Origin: Antedon mediterranea
Lineage: Eukaryota; Animalia; Echinodermata
Assembly: GCF_964355755.1 (NCBI RefSeq)
Contig: NC_092672.1
Span: 14,136,001 to 14,200,000, forward strand
Reading direction: 5' to 3'
Length of the DNA stretch: 64,000 bases
A model generated the notes under the pieces. That model saw nothing but the letters and a program-made list of their open reading frames with translations. It ran no database searches and was not told where the DNA came from. Positions 56,343 to 64,000 of the stretch are shown here, in pieces. Numbering within the stretch: the stretch's first letter is position 1; each line of letters opens with the position of its first letter. Position numbers and translations under genes: made by a program.

Positions 56343-59300
56343 ATGATACGAACAACAGAAAGTTTGGCAAATCAGCAAACTACAGGTAAAAGTGGTAACG
56401 CCGGTTTTCTACCATGTAGGTGGCCTCCTTTAATATACTAGGCCTAGCTAGGGCCTAGTTAGGCCTACTTACTAGGCTAGGGCCAGGCTAACAGTAACAC
56501 TCTAGGCCTAGGCCTAGCTAGGCCTAGTAGGGCTACTAGGCCTAGGGTAGATGTACCAGACCTCGGCAATGTGCCAAACCTCGGCAGGTTGTATTTATAT
56601 TAGTTATAATTAATTAAATAATTGATATTTTGTGTTTATCTTAACGTATAATATACTTTATTTATAGGTGGTAAATATAAACCACCGATCGTTTACTAGA
56701 CACAAGCGAAACATGTCTGCCAGTAGCCATAAAAACTGAAACCTGAAAACCGGAAGTGACATTTCAGCAAAATAGACCAATGAGCTAACACGTGACTGTT
56801 CCATTTAAAGTTCTAGGGCATGACAAATTACACACGAGGGACACGTCTGGGATTGAAATAGGCTCCTACTGTAGTGTGTATCAACATTCCAGAATATTCC
56901 ATTTTCAAACCAATGAAAAAATATAGGGTTTATGAGGGGTGTTAAGATGTTTGGTTGGTAATTAATGATATGTGCCAGACTTCGGCACCTAACGGAAATA
57001 ACTAATTAAATTAAATTATTTGCAATGTTGTTTATTAAATTTTATTCAAAATATAATTGTTGGTAAAATAAATTTAATATTGCTGTTTTTTGACTCATTT
57101 ATTTCACATCTGGCCATGGCTAGGCCTAGCCTAGCTAGGCGCGGCCTGCTATTTCATCGACGATCGATTGCGCAATCGCTCGCGCGTAATTCCAGGGCTT
57201 GCTTGGGCAGCGTATGCCGAGGATTGGCAGACACATGCCGAGGTTTGGTAAATAAATAAAAAACACATTTTTTATTATTGCTTGTTAATTATAAATATTT
57301 ATTTGATAATTCATACTGTATTTACTACTTATATAAATACTAAAAACTTTACCAAAAAATATTTTGTGATGCTTTTAAAAAATACACGTAAATAACGAAT
57401 TTCCCTGTAACCTGCCGAGGTCTGGTACATCTACCCTAGGCTTTAAAAACTAGCTAGGCTGCTAGCCTCATACATAGTTTAAATCCGGGACGATTCGGCC
57501 CACTTTTGGTGGGTTCGGCACACTTTTGGGCCAAAACATCCCACTTTGTGGGCCGAACGAAACGTCTCACTTTGGACCAAATTCATATTCATTTTTGTTG
57601 GTATTCATCAAGTTTATTAATTTAATTAAGGTGTTTAACAATCCGTAATTTATTGATATTGACAACAATAATGATAGCCTAGGTAGGCTAGGTAGGCCTA
57701 GTAGGCTAGGTAGGCCTATGATAAATATAAAAAATAAATTATTTAAAAAAACCTATTACTTCGAAAACTTTGTTTATTTCTTGCATTCGCCAAGCAGTCA
57801 ACAAAGGGCGTAACTGAAAATAAAGTTTGGGAGAAAAAAAATTTATTTTATGCTTATAAAATACATATCAAAGCCGATAAATTTAAGTGTGCCGAATCGT
57901 CTCAGGGCCGAATCGTCTCGGCTATGTATTGTCCCGCTACGTCACAGTTTAGCCCCGCCTTATAATCAAGAAGGTAAACAGACGATCGGCCCCATCATAG
58001 AGAGAGTCCTACTAAACACCAAATGGAAACAAACAAGACTCAGAATGTTGCAAATACCTACCAAACGAGAGAAGATAATTATATAACATCTATATATTAA
58101 TGCTACTAAATTTTTTTTATTTACGTATCTCCTCCAAAACCACTGAACGGTACGTGCTCACATTTTATTTATTTATTTATTTATTTAGGTTTAAAAACAC
58201 ATACAAAACAGCAGCCATTGGCTGATAACGTTCGTTTACAATCAATATACATATATAATTAAAAGTAAAAGAGGCACAATTACAAACAGCATAGAAAAAT
58301 AACTATATATTATAAAACACAAAATACAATATTATTCGTTCATAAAATTGAGCACGTCATTATTATTATTATTATTTAAGATTATTATTAATATTTTATA
58401 TACATTATTAAAATTATTATAATAAAAGGTCGAAACGGCATCTAGAAAGTGAGAAATAATCATGGAAATCAAACCTATATCAGTTAGCATTAATGAACTT
58501 AACAATCGTAGGTATGGCAGACCTTTGGTATCGTTCAGTTTTACACCTGGGGGGAAGGAGACTTCCGGTACTAGTTGTATTAGACCTAAGGGTTCTCTTC
58601 TGCCCGCGGCAAGGAGGTAGCATGTCTCGAAAACAGTTGGACTTGAGTAACCCCCTGCCAAAGGACAACACAAGAGTGTCTCTCCTTGCCTCGAGAGAAG
58701 GTAACCCTGTAACCTCTAGGGCATTGTCATAGGAAATGTAGGTAGCACCTAACATTAGTCGACATGCTCTTTTCTGGATGGTCTCAATGCTGTTGGCCAT
58801 TTTCTTGGTAATAGCACCATGCCATACCTGGCAAGCGTATTCCAAGATGGGCCTAATGTAGGAAGTGTACACAGTGATTAGGTCATCAAGAACAACATTG
58901 ACTTTTTTTAAAATACATAGAGCAAAGAGTCTTCTTGATGCCCGTGAGACAATATCTTGGGTGTTGAGGTCCCACTTCAAATTACTTTGAATTATGACGC
59001 CAAGCAATCTCATATGTTCTACTACATCAAGGTTGGAGCCATTTAGATTAAAAATGGGAGACGCAGCGTCAACGCTGATGTCTTTCAAAAAGTTAACAGT
59101 CATTATATGGCACTTAGAGGGCTTTGGGATCATATTATTCTTTTTACACCAATCATTAACATCATTAAGCATCTCTTGCATCGTAGGCCAAGCTCCTTTA
59201 CTAACTACCTCTCCCAGGGTGAGGTCGTCTACGTATTTCCACCTTCTGCAGCTTCCGACACAGGCATCATTAATGAGCACCAAGAATAACACGGGACCAA

Positions 59301-62300
59301 GCTTAGTCCCTTGCGGGACGCCACAGGTTATCTTACTAGAAGTAGATGTACATCCAGTATATTTGGTATTCATGGTGCGATCGGTGAGGAAGCTGCAGAT
59401 GGTGGGAATTATAGACGACCTCACCCCGATGTCGATTAACTTCTTTATAAGAATGGAGTGGTCAACAAGGTCAAAAGCTTTGGTGAAATCAATTGCGCAC
59501 AGATTAACGTAAGTTCCACCACACTCAAGATCTTTGAGCACCGAGTCAATTAAGCTTATAAGATAATGGGAGGTCGATGATTTCTTCCTGCTTCCAAATT
59601 GTCTAGAATCTAAGCTAATATTTATATCCTCCACGATCCACTTAACTAAAAACGATTCAAAGACTCTGGCTAATATGGGGGTAAGGGAAATCGGCCTTAA
59701 GTCGTTAAGTGATTTAACACTATTAACCTTAGGAATTGGAATGGCGGTTGCTTTTTTCCAGGCGCTAGGGAATGTTCCTTCTTTAAGGGCACAATTAAAA
59801 ATATCAGCAATTGGTGGAGCTAATTCAGGGGCAAAGTCTCTAATTAACCGTGCAGGTAGGTCCTCGGGGTGACCTGCCTTTATTGGAACTAATTTGCTAA
59901 GTAATGCTTTTACTTGCCCGACAAAAATATATGGGGGTTTATCATTTGCTGGCAAATAGGCAGGCAACTTTTTAATATCTAATGGTGTTAACTTATTGCA
60001 AATACTGGAGAAATGGCTGTTAATGTTCTCCGCAATATCTTCATCGGAATGGCCAGGCATACTAAATGTAGTATGTTTTTTCATGTTACAGAGTTGTTTA
60101 ATCCCCTTATGCCATTTGGCTGCATTGTTAGACTTTAGATTCTTTAGGGAATTGCGATAATACGATTGTTTGGCTTCTCTAATTCCAGCTTGCACCATGT
60201 TACGGAGATTCCTCCATTCCTGCGTTTTACCATGCTTTTCATACGATTTCTGTCGAGCATCTAGTAGATTCCGAACTTTAGATGTCATCCATGGTCGATC
60301 TGCTTCTCTCACACGCTTAGTAATAACTGGAAACTTATTGGAGTATGCTCCATTTAGCAGAGAGATAAACTCGTCGGTTTTTGACTCAGCATCAACTATA
60401 TTGTACACGTTATCCCATTCATATGCTGTGACCACTGGCACACTAATGGTTATTGATGAACCGCACACGATAGGCTATGTCACTTTCCTGAATTTTAAGG
60501 ATAAACACTAAAAAAGGCAAAAAAATAGCAGTAATTTGACGTCTCAGTGACCATGTTATGTCACTGTATAAACTACGCAACCTCCTCTGTTGTGTACCGC
60601 CATGGCCGAATCTACAAATACCATGCCAGGCCGCTAAAACACCAGTCTTTAGTCAACCGTATCGAATGATCGCGTCGTTAAAGTTAATTACACCTATTGT
60701 TTGAACAGAATATTTTTTGTAAATCACGGTATGGCTCAGTGAGTAAATCGCCGTGACCATTGATATTAGTGTTTTGTACGTTGGAGTTCGAATCCGCGAC
60801 ATGCTTAAAGCTAAAAATCAAAACTAGAGCTCAATCTAATAATCATTACAAAACTAGCAAAAGGGATACGAAACCTCACACACACAAAAAAAGAGCAAAA
60901 TATAATAAACCATGAAATTGAAAAAATGTAAATGAACAAAAAAAAAAGTTTAAAAAAAAATCTTATCTTATTATCAATATTAACGAAAAATTCTGACGAA
61001 CAAAATATCACAAGGAAAAATACACTTGAAATATAGTTTGGTATTTAATAGGCCTACTTTCGTTAGTGTCCGCGTGCATCATCTTATTTCAACATCATGC
61101 ATTTTTTGTGTTGATTTCAAGTACGAAAAAGGCTGTGGTTTTATTATGCCAATACTTTACATTTCAATTCTATAAATTACCAATTCATATGTTATCAATG
61201 AAATGTTTACTGATTATCAGAGTTCAACCTTCATCTCCCTCTCATTAGTACAGTAGTACATGCACGTTGTTACTTTCTGATGCGCACCCTAGATTAATAT
61301 TCACACAGCACAATTTTGTAGCTCATAGTTACTTAAAAGTGAAGGAATACTTGGTGTATAACAAAATCCATGGCTTTTTATGAGGGAAGAGTGCGCTTAT
61401 TATGATACTTACTCATCCCACGCGAATTAGTATATAACCATATATTGAAGCCGACAAAGACCGTGCGGAACACGGGTTAAAAAATATTGCTTCATATTTG
61501 AAGAATCTACCATTTTTTAACAAGAGGTATTAAATCTGAGCATTATGATGGACGGACGAGAATTTTTAATTAATATAAGTTAACTTACAGATACATTACT
61601 TGTAACATTTTTGTTACGGACGGACATATACACACAATATATAATTGGTCAGATGTTTTGGCCTACTCTGACAATGACATAATTTGAGTAGTACATTTGA
61701 GAATACTTGTGAAAAAATTCGCAAATAATTCTCGAGTGAGACTCACCCCCACGACCTCCAGATCAGCCAGATCATACCTCTAGACCACCAAGCTTGCGCT
61801 GATATGGCTAGTGGTTAGATGCAAATTTGTTCGCAAGTAGTCTCAAATGCATAAATGTGCTGCTTGCATAGCATTTATTGTCAAATATATAAAATATTTA
61901 AAATTTGGAGTTTGTACACGACAAAGTTCTTAAAATTATTTAAAAAACCATCAAAAAACAAGATAATAAAAAAACACATCAAAAGATACAAAGAACATAC
62001 AGAGAAATTCCAATAACAAATTGTCATGATGCCTACAATAAGGTAAGACACAGTTATAGTAATACTAAATCTTATTTAGATGTTTTACTGTTATAATATA
62101 GTTATGAAGTTCAGAATAAATTACTTTCTATATATACCAGACGGACTAATAATGGGATCAATAAGATATGAGACGGTTGTGCGAGTATACGCTGTACCAT
62201 TTTAGGGGATCGCAACTACATATTTAGATTTGAAGTCGAATACGTTTAACTTTGCTATTTTATTAGGTTGTTTATGAATTCTCTCTAAGAGACCCATGTC

Positions 62301-63549
62301 ATTAGCTGTAAAAGGCTGCCGCCCCAGACTATAAAACAAAAATAAATCACACTGGACATCATCAAATTATAATATAATTCAATAATTTTTGGTTCTGCCC
62401 AGGTTTGGTGGGACGATTCCATCAGGGACAATTCGGCCCATGCTTGATGGAACAATTTGGCCCATTTGTAGGCAAACCAATGGTTGTTATTATGTAGGAC
62501 TAGGCCTACAGTAGTGTCTATTTCTATTTGTAGTAGAATTCATTGAATGACATTTACAATTAGCCAATCATTTTTATATAATTGTTACTGTATTTTGTCA
62601 TATCTAGGAGGTATTTTGATTATACATGTTACCACATTACACCCACAAAAATGCCTCCCTTGATTAAACTCCCTCCCAAAACCCCCCTGAACACACGCCC
62701 CGGTGTGTTTATTCAAATATTAATGCGAAATCAGTTTTTAAAATGTTTTTACTAAGCAATGCCATGTTCAAACATTAGTAAGATGATATCCAATTTAGTT
62801 TTAATTAAAAAGTAAAAAGTCTTACATTCCTTGTTTAAATAAATGATAAGATGATGCATTGTTTGCATTTCTCGCCATACAGGGAATAATTGTGCTGTTG
62901 TAGCATAGCAAAAAGCTACACACCTTACTGTTGCTTTATTTATAAGATTGTGTAGGGAATAAAATACAAACTGTTTGTTTCTAGACACAAAATTCAGTTT
63001 GATTAGCAATATTGCTGAACAAAATAAAATGTTTTTCTTCCAGCAGCATGTATGTATGTACAGTAGTAACTATGTAAAACAGGACAGGTTCAATATCTAT
63101 TCCAGATATATTGTTTGAAGGTTTGCATGGCGAAATCCATGTATATTAGTTCTGAAAACAACGGTTGAGTTTCTCGACGTTTCGATCAATATGCTTTCAT
63201 CGTCCTCAGTCCGAGTGAAAATGTTCCAGATATGTTTTTATCCTGAAATATGTTTTTATCCTGAAATATGTTTTTATAAATGAATAAATAAAAAATCTAA
63301 AAACATTTTGATCTAGTCTTAAATGTGCCTTATCTTGTCAGCAGTGTAATTAATTTCTTTATTGTTTTCTAATGATGTATACCTTTGTAAACATAATGTG
63401 CTTATATTAATTATGATTGTACGTTTTTTGTAGTGAATTTAGTAGAAGTTGGTGACAGTCCTGGTGGAGTTAAACTGGTGAATGCATATCGCACAAACAG
63501 AACCACTGATGTCACAGATATTGTAGAACTTGCCAAACAGGTTCAAAAG
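56343..63549 (+). CDS. C1orf50: C1orf50 homolog (DUF2452 family), first two coding exons; gene continues beyond the window
   Basis: Exon 63434-63549 encodes VNLVEVGDSPGGVKLVNAYRTNRTTDVTDIVELAKQVQK, matching vertebrate C1orf50 ALVE..PGG..LVSPY.T.R..D..DLV.LA.QVQK, and ends AAG|GTAATT. Candidate exon 1 56343-56385 (MIRTTESLANQQTT, CAG|GTAAAA) has the required phase 1 but is less certain. Confidence 0.8.
56545..57436. mobile_element. MITE with TA TSD (Tc1/mariner-pogo-like), 892 bp
   Basis: Perfect TIR GGGTAGATGTACCAGACCTCGGCA / TGCCGAGGTCTGGTACATCTACCC flanked by TA; subterminal CCA(A/G)ACCTCGGCA repeats. Confidence 0.85.
57485..57921. mobile_element. MITE with GACGATTCGGC subterminal repeats
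   Basis: Termini CCGGGACGATTCGGCCC / GGGCCGAATCGTCTCGG; related fragment at ~62410-62465; TSD not resolved. Confidence 0.7.
58163..60468 (-). mobile_element. 5'-truncated CR1/L2-group LINE with intact RT frame, antisense in the predicted C1orf50 intron 1
   Basis: ORF 58480..60468: PIPK..LRPISLT, QFG...ST, IDFTKAFD.V.H, GVPQGTKLGP, KYVDD, LLGV, RPILEYA; 3' UTR then (TAAA)n tail at 58163-58187; endonuclease domain missing. Confidence 0.93.
60730..60802 (+). pseudogene. tRNA-derived SINE head
   Basis: A box TGGCTCAGTGAG and B box AGTTCGAATCC at tRNA-like spacing; no cloverleaf. Confidence 0.5.
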
Positions 63550-63789
63550 GTAATTAACATGTTTAAAATAAAACTGATCTATTCATGCAGATTTACTCCA
63601 CCCTATGGATTGGCTTTGACAATGGATTGGCTTGACAATGAATACTATGAATTTACAATGAATGGTTTGACCAAGCAATGAATGGTGTGGTTTTATGTGC
63701 AAAGGCTTGAAGATGAGGTAATACTAATCCAAACCTACATGTAATACTCAGCGTTTTCCCCAGGATTAACATCAAGCATCACGCTTCCG

Positions 63790-64000
63790 CCAAATTAAAC
63801 AGATTATCGAGCATTACAACAATCATGGTAGCTCAGTTTATTGCTGTTTCTTGGACGCTAGCAAAGCTTTTGATAAAGTGAACCACTGGACACTTTTCAA
63901 GACCTTAATTGACAGGAGTACCCCTTCACCCTATAGTTAAGATACTGAGGTCATGGTATAGGAATCAGGAATTTGTTGTCAGGTGGGGTAGTTCCGTTTC
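63790..64000 (+). mobile_element. LINE reverse transcriptase fragment running off the window end
   Basis: CFLDASKAFDKVNHWTLFKTLIDR followed by a frameshift. Confidence 0.75.

Noticed and set aside
58493-60511. Plus-strand ORFs over the LINE
   Set aside because: Antisense shadows of the RT frame.

Overview
AT-rich, intron-containing animal genomic DNA. It is probably a marine invertebrate, but the taxon cannot be fixed from sequence alone. Three spliced + strand loci can be rebuilt by hand from GT-AG junctions with consistent phases. (1) 10010-30033: four exons encode an NlpC/P60 (papain-fold, Cys-His) peptidase/amidase domain, and nine downstream exons encode an intact TTLL10-type polyglycylase. 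A phase-1 donor 5 nt before the peptidase stop codon (AAG|GTGTGT, 17754) fits the phase-1 acceptor of the first TTLL10 exon (22467). This predicts a peptidase-glycylase fusion of at least 848 aa, plus a peptidase-only isoform with its own poly(A) signal. It is the most interesting item here: a candidate writer-eraser pair for glycylation. (2) 34467-38389: a 5-exon, 174-aa secreted Cys-rich protein with an 8-bp-TSD foldback element just upstream of its ATG. (3) 56343-63549 and beyond: the first two exons of a C1orf50 homolog. The rest is repeats: about ten near-perfect minisatellites (one amplifies a TTLL10 splice donor 13 times, one hosts a TTAA-TSD Kolobok-like element), MITEs, SINE heads, RTE and CR1/L2-group LINE pieces, and a young 6.8-kb Gypsy with intact pol but a 162-aa gag that appears to lack capsid. 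The Gypsy sits in a ~570-bp satellite, itself inside a ~13-kb inverted-repeat-bounded composite. Most ORFs in the supplied track are repeat artefacts or partial exons.
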